Shown: piece after piece, positions 19,657 to 28,673 of the stretch | How the letters are laid out: each line of letters starts with the position of its first letter | Position numbering within the stretch: position 1 is the first letter of the stretch | Origin: Desulfonema ishimotonii | GTDB lineage: Bacteria; Desulfobacterota; Desulfobacteria; Desulfobacterales; Desulfococcaceae | Direction of reading: 5' to 3' | NCBI RefSeq assembly: GCF_003851005.1 | Contig: NZ_BEXT01000001.1 | Span: forward strand, 6,246,996 to 6,310,995 | DNA: 64,000 nucleotides | Notes under the pieces: model-generated | Databases searched by the model: none | The model's input: only the letters and a program-made list of their open reading frames with translations | Told to the model about the DNA's origin: nothing | Position numbers and translations under genes: made by a program

Positions 19657-21297
19657 TTACCTGTTTTGCATTACCCGGTTCAGCGTCTCCTCAAGTTCAC
19701 GGATATTGTAGGGTTTTTCAATGACCCCGCAAAAGCCGTGCTTCCTGAATCCGGTCATTTCCGGATCATTGGAATAGCCGCTGGAAACGATTCCCCGAAC
19801 GTCCGGATCGAGCTTCAGCAGCTCCCGGATGGCCTGACGGGCCCCCATGCCTGTTGTGACGTTCAGGTCAAGAATGACCACGTCAAAGGGGGTGCCGGAC
19901 GCCAGGGCCGTCTGATACCGGTCAATCGCCTCAGCCCCGTCCCCGGAGAGCCCGACCGTATAGCCGAGGGCCGTCAGCATCTGTCCGGCCACCGCCCTGA
20001 CGATCTTTTCGTCATCCATGATCAGCACCCGGCCCCTGGGCGTCACACGCCGGGGGCTGTGTTTTGCAGAAAGGCGTTTATCCGCTTCCGCAGCATCTGC
20101 TGCGGGCAGCCAGAGGGTGACCGTTGTCCGGTCCCCCTGTTTTGACACCACGTCAATATCGCCCCGGTGGTGCCGGACAATGGCGTAAATTTCCGCGAAA
20201 TCGAGACCCATGCCCCGCCCCCGCCCGTCTTTCAGGGAGACGTAGGGATCAAAGATCTGCCCCAGGTACTCTTCCGGGATACCGGCCCCCCGGTCTCTGA
20301 CCGTGATTCTGACATATCTGCCCGGGGGAACTTCCGTCTGCATTTCCGGGGAAATCACCATGTTCTCTGCGGAAATCTCAATGGTGTCGCCCGCATGCAT
20401 GGCGGCAGCGCTGTTTCGGATGAGACCGGTGAGGGCCTGCATCATCTGTTCCTCATCAAAGATTACCGGCCAGAGATCCACCGGTGCGGAAACCGCACAG
20501 CGAACGCCCGGTGTCTCCGGCGCGACACCGGCGGCCCTGCGAAGGGTGTCGGCCACAGAGCGGAGACGCATATCCGGTGGGACGGTATTGGCGATGCGGT
20601 TCAGCCGACCGATAAAGGCCCGGATCTTTTCACACCCGGCCCTGGCGGCGGACAGGCGCTTAAAGGCGTTGTTCCGGGCGGGAATGTCCCCGAAGGCCAG
20701 GTCGATGTTGCCGATGACGGGGGTGAACATGTTGTTCAGATCGTCTACGATACCGGCGGCCAGCGTTTCCAGAAACTGAAATTTCCGGGCGATCAGTTGC
20801 TTTTCCGCCCGCTGTTTCCGCCCGCTGATATCCCGTGCGAAAAAGAGGATTTCAGACGGCGCGCCGCCCGGGGGAAGGGCAATGGCGTTCACTTCGACCG
20901 GAATCAGGGCCAGCTCCCGGTTGATGAAATGAAATTCATGCAGCCGGATTTCCCCGGAACCGCTTCCGGGGGCATCAAAGAGTCTGGCCCGGATGGTTTC
21001 CAGCTCATCCGGGGGCAGGATATCGGCGATGTTCATCCCCGTCAGTTCCGCCTCGAGGTATCCGGTAATGCCGAGCCCCCCCTGATTGGCAAATGTGATC
21101 TGGCCGTCCATGTCAAATCTGAGGATAATTTCATGGGCCGCGTCAATCATGGCCCGATACGAACCCTCAGCGGCATCGGCCCGCCTTCCAGCCGGTTCGG
21201 TCGGTTTTTCCCGGTTTTCCTCTCCGTTTTGCATATGGAAATTCTCTCTGGTCTGGGGGTTGCGGTTTCCGGACTCCCGTCTTTGCAGGGCGGGCAA
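19657..21297 (-). CDS. Hybrid sensor histidine kinase (PAS - HisKA - HATPase_c - REC). The H-box phospho-acceptor His is replaced by Asp (..AAGIVDDLNNM..).
   Basis: PAS segment, an intact G-box (GRGMGLDF) and a C-terminal receiver (VLIMDDEK...VVILDLNV). The codon at 20743-20745 (GAC on the coding strand) sits at the conserved AHDFNN histidine position. Confidence 0.75.
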   Translation of the reverse strand: MPALQRRESGNRNPQTRENFHMQNGEENREKPTEPAGRRADAAEGSYRAMIDAAHEIILRFDMDGQITFANQGGLGITGYLEAELTGMNIADILPPDELETIRARLFDAPGSGSGEIRLHEFHFINRELALIPVEVNAIALPPGGAPSEILFFARDISGRKQRAEKQLIARKFQFLETLAAGIVDDLNNMFTPVIGNIDLAFGDIPARNNAFKRLSAARAGCEKIRAFIGRLNRIANTVPPDMRLRSVADTLRRAAGVAPETPGVRCAVSAPVDLWPVIFDEEQMMQALTGLIRNSAAAMHAGDTIEISAENMVISPEMQTEVPPGRYVRITVRDRGAGIPEEYLGQIFDPYVSLKDGRGRGMGLDFAEIYAIVRHHRGDIDVVSKQGDRTTVTLWLPAADAAEADKRLSAKHSPRRVTPRGRVLIMDDEKIVRAVAGQMLTALGYTVGLSGDGAEAIDRYQTALASGTPFDVVILDLNVTTGMGARQAIRELLKLDPDVRGIVSSGYSNDPEMTGFRKHGFCGVIEKPYNIRELEETLNRVMQNR

Positions 21298-21551
21298 CAG
21301 TAAAACCTTGACGCCGATAACGGGAATACGGTATCAGTAAGTATATCGTTTTTTTATACCTGATGCACCAAAAAAATCAGTTCACACGGCCCGGAAGACC
21401 TTTTCCGGGAACGCTGCCGGTTATCGGCATATCTCAGCCCCGCCTGATCCGATGCCGTGAATGAGACACCGGAAGGGGGGCGGTACATATTGTGACAGCC
21501 GATGCCTGTGCCGGGATTTTTTTCACATTTATGAGAAAAGGCGGTGTGCCC

Positions 21552-22346
21552 ATGTCTTTTAAAGAAAATCTGCTGAGGAAAATGGAGATTGATGCCCTGT
21601 CCGAAAGGGTGTGCGCCTCTGTCACCGCAGGCGAAGACGCCCGGCGGCTCGACAAAGAGGCCATCGGAAAGCTGCTGGAGATGGGAAATTACCAGTTCCT
21701 TCAGGAGCGGGATATGAATCTCTGCATCCTCGAAGCCGGTCCTGACAGGCAGAAAATACTGGTGCTGGACAACGACCTGGCGATTTATCATACGACCGTT
21801 GCGGATGTGGCCCTGCGCAAAAGTCCGACCGTCAAAGAGATGATCAGCATCCGCAACGCCATTAAAATACTGAGTGACAGCGATGTGGTGGTCAGCAAAA
21901 AGGCCGATTCGGTGCGGGCCATTCAGGCGGAATGTATCGGCGGCCTGGATCTCTATTTTGCCCTGGCCGATCTGGAAGAGATCGAAAAGGACGGTGTGGC
22001 CTCCCTGGAAAACGGCTATGGCGAAGGGGTCATCGAGGCCATAACACTTTTTTCCGAGCTTCTGGGCTATGTTCCGCCCCCCCGGGCCTTTCACCTGGCC
22101 CATCACGATATCCGGGGGCGAATCACCCGGGGGGAAAACGGAGAGACCCTGTTCGGCCCGATGATCGTATACAGCAGACAGCACAACACCCTGCAGATGA
22201 TTGACGCCGCCGTCAGCAGCCTGAAAAAGGACCGGATGGCGCGCATCGAGGCCGTCGTATCGGGCGATGCGGACGCGACACATGAGGGTGCGGAGGTGTT
22301 CGCAGTCCTCAAGACCGCTGTGATGGCCCACCGGGAGGAAGACTGA
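21552..22346 (+). CDS. Hypothetical protein of unknown function, probably co-transcribed with the downstream sigma-54 activator.
   Basis: Protein-like composition (MSFKENLLRKMEIDALSERV...). The antisense ORF is composition-biased junk. The stop lies 14 nt before the next gene. Confidence 0.45.
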   Translation: MSFKENLLRKMEIDALSERVCASVTAGEDARRLDKEAIGKLLEMGNYQFLQERDMNLCILEAGPDRQKILVLDNDLAIYHTTVADVALRKSPTVKEMISIRNAIKILSDSDVVVSKKADSVRAIQAECIGGLDLYFALADLEEIEKDGVASLENGYGEGVIEAITLFSELLGYVPPPRAFHLAHHDIRGRITRGENGETLFGPMIVYSRQHNTLQMIDAAVSSLKKDRMARIEAVVSGDADATHEGAEVFAVLKTAVMAHREED

Positions 22347-22359
22347 GCGCCCCCTGCAA

Positions 22360-23784
22360 ATGGTGACCCGACTGCTTCCGCAAATTCAGGGGCTCTTTTC
22401 GCCGACCATCGACCTGAAGCCCCTGCTGGACGAAATCCCTGTGGGCCTGCTGCTGCTGGATACCCGCAGGCGGGGCATACTGGTCAACCGGTCGCTTCAG
22501 GCCCTGACCGGGCTTTCGCCTGAAAATGTCGCAGGCATTCCCTGCTATCATCTGCTGAGAAGCCGAATCTGCGTGACCCGGTGTCCGGCCCTGGGGATGC
22601 TGCCGGATGATGAGGCGGTCTGCACGGAGAGCGACCTGATCAGCCGGGACCGGAACCTGATCCCCATCCGGATGACCCTGGGACCGCTGAAGGGGCCGGA
22701 CGGCCGGATTGTCGGATTTCTGGAGAGCGTCGAGGATCTCCGGCCCATTCGCGAGATTGACGCACGGGTCCACCAGGCCTATCGCTTTGCCGACATCATC
22801 GGCAGGAGCCCCCGGATGGAGCGGCTGTTCAAGATGCTGCCGGTCATTGCCCAGAGCGACTCCTCGGTGCTGATCACGGGGGAGACGGGCACGGGAAAGG
22901 ATATGGTGGCCGAGGCCGTTCACCGGGCTTCGGAGCGGTCCGGCGGACCGTTTATCAAGGTGAACTGCGGGGCGCTGCCGGAGACCCTGCTCGAATCCGA
23001 ACTGTTCGGTCATCAGAAGGGGGCCTTTACCGGCGCGGTGGAAAACAAGCCGGGGCGGTTCCGCCTGGCCCACAACGGCACGTTGTTCCTGACCGAAATC
23101 GGCGACCTCCCCCTCTCACTTCAGGTGAAGCTGCTCACCTTCCTGGACGACAAGATCGTCTACCCGCTGGGCAGCACCAAGGGGTTTCAGGCCAATGTCC
23201 GGGTCATTGCGGCCACCCATCGAGACCTGGCCGGAATGGTCCGTGAGCAGCGGTTCCGGGGCGACCTCCTCTTCAGGCTCAATGTTGTCCGGCTTCACCT
23301 GCCGCCGCTGCGGGAACGGGGGGCGGATATCCGGCTTCTGCTGGATCACTTTCTCAACACCTTTGCCCCGCATTTTCGCAAAAATATAAAAGGCTTCTCG
23401 CCAAAGTCCCTGGCGATTTTACAGCAATACCCCTATCCCGGCAATGTGCGGGAGCTGCGGAATATTGTCGAATATGCGGTCAATTTCTGTGACGACGGCA
23501 TCATTCACCGCCTCCATCTGCCCGCTTACATCACCGAGACCGGGACCGCTGAGCCGTTTCCGTCACCGGAGCCTGTCCCATTCATGCAGATGGGGGCGGC
23601 CACTGAGGTTGTTCCGCCCCGTGCGGTGACGGAAACCCGGACCTGGGAGGCGGTCGAGCGGCAGATGATTATGGACGCGCTGGTGAAAACCGGCGGCCGC
23701 CGGAGCCGGGCCGCCCATCTGCTGGGGTGGGGCAGAAGCACCCTCTGGCGGAAGATGAAACATCACGGGATAGACGGCTCATGA
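22360..23784 (+). CDS. Sigma-54-dependent transcriptional activator with an N-terminal PAS sensor (no receiver), an AAA+ sigma-54 interaction domain and a Fis-type HTH.
   Basis: [15 protein letters not shown] Walker [16 protein letters not shown] (GAFTGA) and C-terminal ..[18 protein letters not shown]. Confidence 0.85.
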   Translation: MVTRLLPQIQGLFSPTIDLKPLLDEIPVGLLLLDTRRRGILVNRSLQALTGLSPENVAGIPCYHLLRSRICVTRCPALGMLPDDEAVCTESDLISRDRNLIPIRMTLGPLKGPDGRIVGFLESVEDLRPIREIDARVHQAYRFADIIGRSPRMERLFKMLPVIAQSDSSVLITGETGTGKDMVAEAVHRASERSGGPFIKVNCGALPETLLESELFGHQKGAFTGAVENKPGRFRLAHNGTLFLTEIGDLPLSLQVKLLTFLDDKIVYPLGSTKGFQANVRVIAATHRDLAGMVREQRFRGDLLFRLNVVRLHLPPLRERGADIRLLLDHFLNTFAPHFRKNIKGFSPKSLAILQQYPYPGNVRELRNIVEYAVNFCDDGIIHRLHLPAYITETGTAEPFPSPEPVPFMQMGAATEVVPPRAVTETRTWEAVERQMIMDALVKTGGRRSRAAHLLGWGRSTLWRKMKHHGIDGS

Positions 23785-23825
23785 GCGTCTATTCAAAAGT
23801 TCTCCGACTTTTGAGGAATCTTAAG

Positions 23826-23858
23826 ATTTCTCGATTCGCTCGAAATGACACTGTTGTA
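23826..23858. repeat. Family A repeat, right-half fragment only.
   Basis: TCTCGATTCGCTCGAAATGACACTG matches the 3' arm of the family A units. Confidence 0.4.
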
Positions 23859-24169
23859 TTTTTATTAAAAAATTATTGATGGAGTACTTAAGGGATGAGG
23901 AGGCATCGTTCGCAAACTTTCCGGGGAACAAAATCGGGTGTTCCTGCGCGAACAGGGCAGGCACAGGGGCCTGCCCCTACGGGAGAATTCAGGATAATAA
24001 GGTTCTTATTTCTGAACGTCAGCGCCTGCCCGGATCGCTGTGCCGCCGTGGCGGCGGGTTTCGCGGTGTTGTAAAAAATCCCCCCGGCCTTTTGAAAAGG
24101 GGGGAGAATTTTTCCTGACTTAATGCCCCTGGGAGGCAGCGCACAACACCGAATGCGTTCAGGCCGGAA

Positions 24170-24517
24170 GTGTCTATGAAAAAAATACTGATCCCTTTAT
24201 ACGGAAATGACGTGGCCCCCAGATTCGATCTGGCGACCGAGGTGCTGATCATCACCACAGACGATGCGGGAGAGGGCCGCGAGGAAAAAATCGTGGTCAT
24301 GCCCCAGGCATCGGCGGAGCAACTTTGTCACCTGGTGCTGACCGAGGGCATCGGGGTGGTGATCTGCGGCGGCATCGAGGAGGAGTACTATCAGTATCTG
24401 ACATGGAAACGGGTCGGGGTGTTCGATTCGGTCGTCGGCCCCTGGGAGCGTGTCTTTGAACGTTTTTGCAAAAATGAACTGCGTACCGGAAGTATTCTGT
24501 ACGGGCCGGTGCCGTAA
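24170..24517 (+). CDS. NifX/NifB-family (dinitrogenase FeMo-cofactor-binding-like, COG1433) small protein.
   Basis: MKKILIPLYGNDVAPRFDLATEVLII...GIGVVICGGIEEE; 115 aa. Confidence 0.5.
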   Translation: MSMKKILIPLYGNDVAPRFDLATEVLIITTDDAGEGREEKIVVMPQASAEQLCHLVLTEGIGVVICGGIEEEYYQYLTWKRVGVFDSVVGPWERVFERFCKNELRTGSILYGPVP

Positions 24518-24571
24518 AATACGCCGGGCTGACAGCAGCAGCCCGCTGTGGGCCCCGGGAGTTTTTTCAGG

Positions 24572-24958
24572 ATGAAAGAGTGTACCATTTTGCTGGTGGA
24601 TGATGAAAAAGAATTTAGCAATACCCTGTCAGAACGGCTGAAGTTCAGAGGGTTTCAGGTCCGAACCGCCTCATCCGGCGAGACGGCCATGACCCGCATC
24701 GAAGAAATCCGGCCTGCGGTGGTGCTGCTGGATGTCATGATGCCGGGGATGAACGGACTGGAGACGCTGCGGCGTATTAAGCGCCGATGGCCCGGGCTGC
24801 CCGTCATCCTGCTGACCGGTCAGGGAGAGACCCGCGAGGGGATGGCGGGGATGCGTCTGGGGGCTTTCGACTACCTGCTCAAGCCTGTCAACATTGAGGA
24901 GCTTATCGGGAAAACAGAGGAGGCCATTTTGCAGGCAGACCCGCCTGCCGACAGATGA
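24572..24958 (+). CDS. Single-domain CheY-like response regulator.
   Basis: ILLVDDEKEF...VVLLDVMMPGMNG...ILLTGQGE, with a conserved Asp and Thr/Lys pattern. Confidence 0.8.
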   Translation: MKECTILLVDDEKEFSNTLSERLKFRGFQVRTASSGETAMTRIEEIRPAVVLLDVMMPGMNGLETLRRIKRRWPGLPVILLTGQGETREGMAGMRLGAFDYLLKPVNIEELIGKTEEAILQADPPADR

Positions 24959-25007
24959 ACCGGGCGTGCCGGAGTATCCGTCCCTGTTTTCCGGCGGCGG
25001 CAGAGGG

Positions 25008-26035
25008 TTATTCCGCCTCGTCAATCCTGTTGACGCCCTCCATCAGCAGCCACATGAAATCCCCGATCGGCTCCTGATCCCTGTGCGTCTCGCACTGGCC
25101 GTGCATGAACTTAAACCGTCCCCGGTTTTCCCTGAGAATCTGAAAAAAGGCGTCCCTGTCTGTCAGTTTTCTGTATCGGGCGTGGATAATCTCCCCGTCT
25201 CTGAAACAGACCCGGGCCGTCCCCTCTCTCAGCTCCAGAACCAGAACGCCGGTTTTAAGGTTGCTGTTGAGGGTCTGGAAAAGCTCTGACGGGGGCATTT
25301 CGCTCAGCCGGCCGATCATGCCCGATGAAAACTCCTCAGCCCTGGCGAGGTTGATATTGGTCAGCCGACGGGTCAGAAGCCGGGTGAAATACATCTGGAG
25401 GGCGGCATACTTATTGAGCATCTGCCTGAAATCCCTGGCGCTGATATATAAAATGCCGGACGGTTTCACAGCCCGGACATCCGCCCCGGTGGGATCTCCG
25501 CTGAGCAGGCTCATCTCGCCGAAAACCTCCCCCGGCTTTAAGAGGGCAATGCGGAGCCGGTCATTCCCCAGCACCTCCACCTTTCCCGAAGCGACGATGT
25601 AGAAGTTCCGGCCATACTCCCCCGCCGGATAATCATCTCCCCGGCATCGTATTTTTTCAGCCGGACCAGCCGGACCACCTCCCCAACCTGATCCCCTTCC
25701 AGGCTGCGGAAGAACTCAAATCTGTTCAGCAGCCCGGTGATGGTTGCCAGCTCCGCATCCGACTTCCTGGGCGGCGGCAGGGTAAAAGAGAGATCGCGCC
25801 GATATTCGAGCCGGACCCGTCCGGTACAGCCGCTGCAACGGAACTGCCCTTTGGAGCCGAGCCCCGGCGTTCCGAAAAGATCGGTGATATCTTTGACCAG
25901 GATCAGGCAGACCGCCTTGTCCGGGGGCATCAGGAGGGCGGTGCCGCATACGTTGAACTCATCGCCCAGCTTGTACATCGGGCAATTGTTTTCCTCTGTG
26001 ATGTCGATAATGGTATCCGGAAAATTCATTGGCAT
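25008..26035 (-). pseudogene. Paralog of the downstream 26067-27134 gene (Cys-rich N-domain + cNMP-binding + DUF4388-like C-domain), split by a -1 frameshift in a G5/C5 run at about 25618-25623.
   Basis: The two track ORFs (25538-26035 and 25008-25580) align end-to-end with the intact paralog (..EMIIRRG | EYGRNFYIVASGKVEVLGND..). Adding one G restores the frame. Confidence 0.6.
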
Positions 26036-26066
26036 GGCCTACTCTCTTCTCCGGTCTCTTATGATG

Positions 26067-27134
26067 TTATGTAACATGGTCCTCATCCATTCTTCTGATC
26101 CCCTCCATTAAAAGCCACATAAATTCGCCCATCTCCGGGGCACCGGCCTCTTCGGGCGACAGGTTCGGGCTGAACCGGAACCGCCCCTCTTTCGCTTTCA
26201 GAATTTCAAAAAAGGCATCGGGTCCGTTTTTTCCTTTATATTCGGCCCATACCGGCTCACCCTGCCTGAAACAGACCCGCGCGTTGCCCCCGGACAGTGC
26301 CAGGTCGGCCCCGCCGGTCTTCTGGTTGACGTTCAGGGTCTGAAACAGCTCGGAGGGCGGGACTTCGGAGAGCTTCCCGGCCATCCCGGAGGAGAAATCT
26401 TCAGACCGGGCCATGTTGGTGGCCGCGAGCCGCTGGGCCAGCAACCGGGCAAAGTACATCTGGAGGGTGGGATACCGGCTCAGAATTTTCCCGAAATCCC
26501 GTCCCTTCATGTATAACAGGCGGACCGGTTCGACAACCTTTATTGTCGCGCCCACCGGCTCCCCGCTGATAAGACTCATCTCTCCGAACACCTCCCCCCT
26601 GCCCAGCCAGGCAATGCGCATGGCATCATCGCCGATCACCTCCACCTTTCCGGCGGCGATGATGAAGAGGTTGACCCCCGGCGTGCCCTTTTTGATGATC
26701 ACCGTTCCCCTGGGAAGCTGGCTGTATTTCAGATATCGGCCCAGGTCTCTGAGCTGCCCGTCGTCCAGCCCCTGAAAGATGGGGAAACGGGCCAGCACGT
26801 TAATAATCGCCCTGATTTTTTCGGCCTTTTCCCCGTCCGCCGGCAGGGCTGCGGTATCGGGGGGCAGCCGGTATTCCATGCGGATCGACCCTGTGCAGTC
26901 TGTCACCGGGCCGCTGCAGTTAAATTGGTACACCGGACAATTGTTCTGCCGGATGTCCTCTGTATAGCGCCCCGTGGTCAGGGCTGTTTTAATATCTTCC
27001 GCAAGGACCATGCAGGCCGGTTTGCCGGGGGGAAGGGTCAGGACGCGGCCTGACAGCCTGAACGCATCGCCCGCTTTATATATGGGGCAGTGGTTATCCT
27101 TAATGATTTCCAGTATCGTGTCCGGCATATTCAT
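26067..27134 (-). CDS. Signal-transduction protein: N-terminal Cys-rich domain (HCPIY...NNCPVYQFNCSG...DCTG), cyclic-nucleotide-binding domain and a C-terminal DUF4388-like domain.
   Basis: cNMP-binding signature GEVFGEMSLISGEPVGATIKVVEPVRLLYM; C-terminal PPSELFQTLNVNQKTG...VCFRQGEPVWAEY. RBS GAAGGAG lies 6 nt before the ATG at 27134. Confidence 0.7.
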   Translation of the reverse strand: MNMPDTILEIIKDNHCPIYKAGDAFRLSGRVLTLPPGKPACMVLAEDIKTALTTGRYTEDIRQNNCPVYQFNCSGPVTDCTGSIRMEYRLPPDTAALPADGEKAEKIRAIINVLARFPIFQGLDDGQLRDLGRYLKYSQLPRGTVIIKKGTPGVNLFIIAAGKVEVIGDDAMRIAWLGRGEVFGEMSLISGEPVGATIKVVEPVRLLYMKGRDFGKILSRYPTLQMYFARLLAQRLAATNMARSEDFSSGMAGKLSEVPPSELFQTLNVNQKTGGADLALSGGNARVCFRQGEPVWAEYKGKNGPDAFFEILKAKEGRFRFSPNLSPEEAGAPEMGEFMWLLMEGIRRMDEDHVT

Positions 27135-27353
27135 TGTTTTCTCCTTCACATTCGGAAAGTTCCTGAACCTTAGCCGTTTCTGATGTCACCGTCACGGGGA
27201 TATGCACGGCAATGGTATTCCGGTGAACCGGGTAAGATGCGGCATTTTCGGAAGGTTTATAATACATTTTACCCGTCTGAATCCACGAAAGATTGTACAA
27301 AATTCGGGGACCGGGGTCAAACAGATACACATCGGCGCGTCCCCGGCGGTCCG

Positions 27354-27929
27354 GCTAGTCTATGCACACAAGTTATCTCGTTCCCAGGCTCTGCCTCAAT
27401 GCCATTAAGTTAAGCGGATTTTTTTGGGAAAATCCGCTTTTCTCAGAACCGGGGGCCGTCGCGGCAAATCCCGCCGCCTCGCCGGGGAATGAATTCCCCG
27501 GCTGAATCCCTGAAACCCGCTTAAAAGCTGTTTTTTTAATTTTTTTCGGAGTGCAAAAGTTAAGTCCCGAAAGGGACGATCTTTTGCAAAATTTGCGAAA
27601 AACCGGCCTCCGGCCTTAATTTTCGCACTCCGTTTCTGAGTCGCCGGTATTTTTAAAGCAGCTTCTAAGGCGGGTTGGCCGGGGATGCCAACAGGCTTCA
27701 GCCTGTTTTGCGGTTTCAGCCCCGGAATTCATTCCGGGGTGTGGCGGCAGATTCCGCTGTTCCCTAACTTAATGGCATTGAGGCTCTGCCTGGGAATGCG
27801 GTCCCGGAGGCTCTGCCTCCTTCCACGCGAGGCGAAGCCTCGTAACGAGATTCCGGGTATCTTACCCCGCTTTCCCGACATTCCCGAAAGCTGGTCCGTC
27901 TGTATCTGACTTATGTGCATAGACTAGTG
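27354..27929. mobile_element. ~575-bp non-coding nested palindromic element (MITE-like or structured RNA). Outer TIRs CTAGTCTATGCACACAAGT / CTTATGTGCATAGACTAG, inner 30-bp inverted repeats and several internal perfect palindromes.
   Basis: Outer inverted repeats at 27354-27372 and 27911-27929. Inner IR TTCCCAGGCTCTGCCTCAATGCCATTAAGTTA (27381-27412) against TAACTTAATGGCATTGAGGCTCTGCCTGGGAA (27765-27796). Paired palindromes CCGGGGAATGAATTCCCCGG and CCCCGGAATTCATTCCGGGG, and CGGAGTGCAAAAG against TTTTCGCACTCCG. There is no credible ORF. Confidence 0.55.
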
Positions 27930-28077
27930 CTTTGTCATCGCTTAATTTTAGAATCAGCGGATTTCAATTTGTACCGGTGTCAGCAGGTTGCATTATGCCC
28001 AACCCTGATTTTTAGCTTTGACTATGCACTAGGGCGGTCCGGGGGGGAAAAACAGGATATGGCTGGTGCCGAAAAGG

Positions 28078-28106
28078 TTGACCTGATGTGATAAATCCTG
28101 CATTAT
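28078..28106 (+). promoter_or_regulatory. Candidate sigma-70 promoter (TTGACC -17 nt- CATTAT) for the 28172 gene.
   Basis: -35 at 28078-28083 and -10 at 28101-28106. Sequence match only. Confidence 0.25.
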
Positions 28107-28171
28107 CTGAAGACAGGGAGACCGGGCTGCCGCCCCATCGGAAAAACATTTGACGCCGCGATCATAACGAT

Positions 28172-28450
28172 ATGGATATCAGAGCCGCCATTCTACTCTT
28201 TCTTATCTTTCATTTCGCCTACTATGATTTTTTTCACCTGTCGGCGGAAATAAAACTTGCGCTGATCCTGACGGTCCTTTTTTCCGAATCTGTCTACCGG
28301 CTGCTGGCCCAGAAACCGCCCCCGCCGCCCCCGCCGAGTATAGATGATAGCCAGAAGCTTCTGGAAACCATATTGGACAGCAGAGCGCCGATCGAGGACA
28401 AAAAAAAGGCGGGCGTTTTGCTGGATCAGATCGACAGGCTGGAGAAGTAA
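28172..28450 (+). CDS. Small membrane protein with a poly-proline tract (PPPPPPP).
   Basis: 92 aa with an N-terminal hydrophobic helix, immediately upstream of the multi-rubredoxin gene. Confidence 0.4.
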   Translation: MDIRAAILLFLIFHFAYYDFFHLSAEIKLALILTVLFSESVYRLLAQKPPPPPPPSIDDSQKLLETILDSRAPIEDKKKAGVLLDQIDRLEK

Positions 28451-28623
28451 TGGCCTGTACAGAAGATGCGCATATAATTTTTATGGTATGCTGCGTCTGC
28501 TTTGAAGCGTCATACCTGCGAAGGCAGGCATCCCGTGAAAGCGTCTGTGAATTTCCGTTTTCGCGGGAAAAACTTCGGTTCTCAAACTGGACGGCGTGTC
28601 ATGTATTAGATTTGATATTTTTT

Positions 28624-28640
28624 TTCGGAATTTTTCCGAA
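28624..28640. promoter_or_regulatory. Perfect palindrome TTCGGAA-TTT-TTCCGAA, candidate operator about 35 nt upstream of the rubredoxin-array gene start.
   Basis: 7-3-7 inverted repeat in an AT-rich promoter region between 28450 and 28674. Confidence 0.35.
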
Positions 28641-28673
28641 TTTTAACCCCACAAAATGTTCAGGAGAATATGT

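Noticed and set aside
21354-22331. 325-aa minus-strand ORF opposite the 21552-22346 hypothetical gene.
   Set aside because: Composition is typical of a GC-rich antisense frame (Gly/His/Gln/Arg-rich). The plus-strand frame is protein-like and sits 14 nt upstream of the sigma-54 activator.
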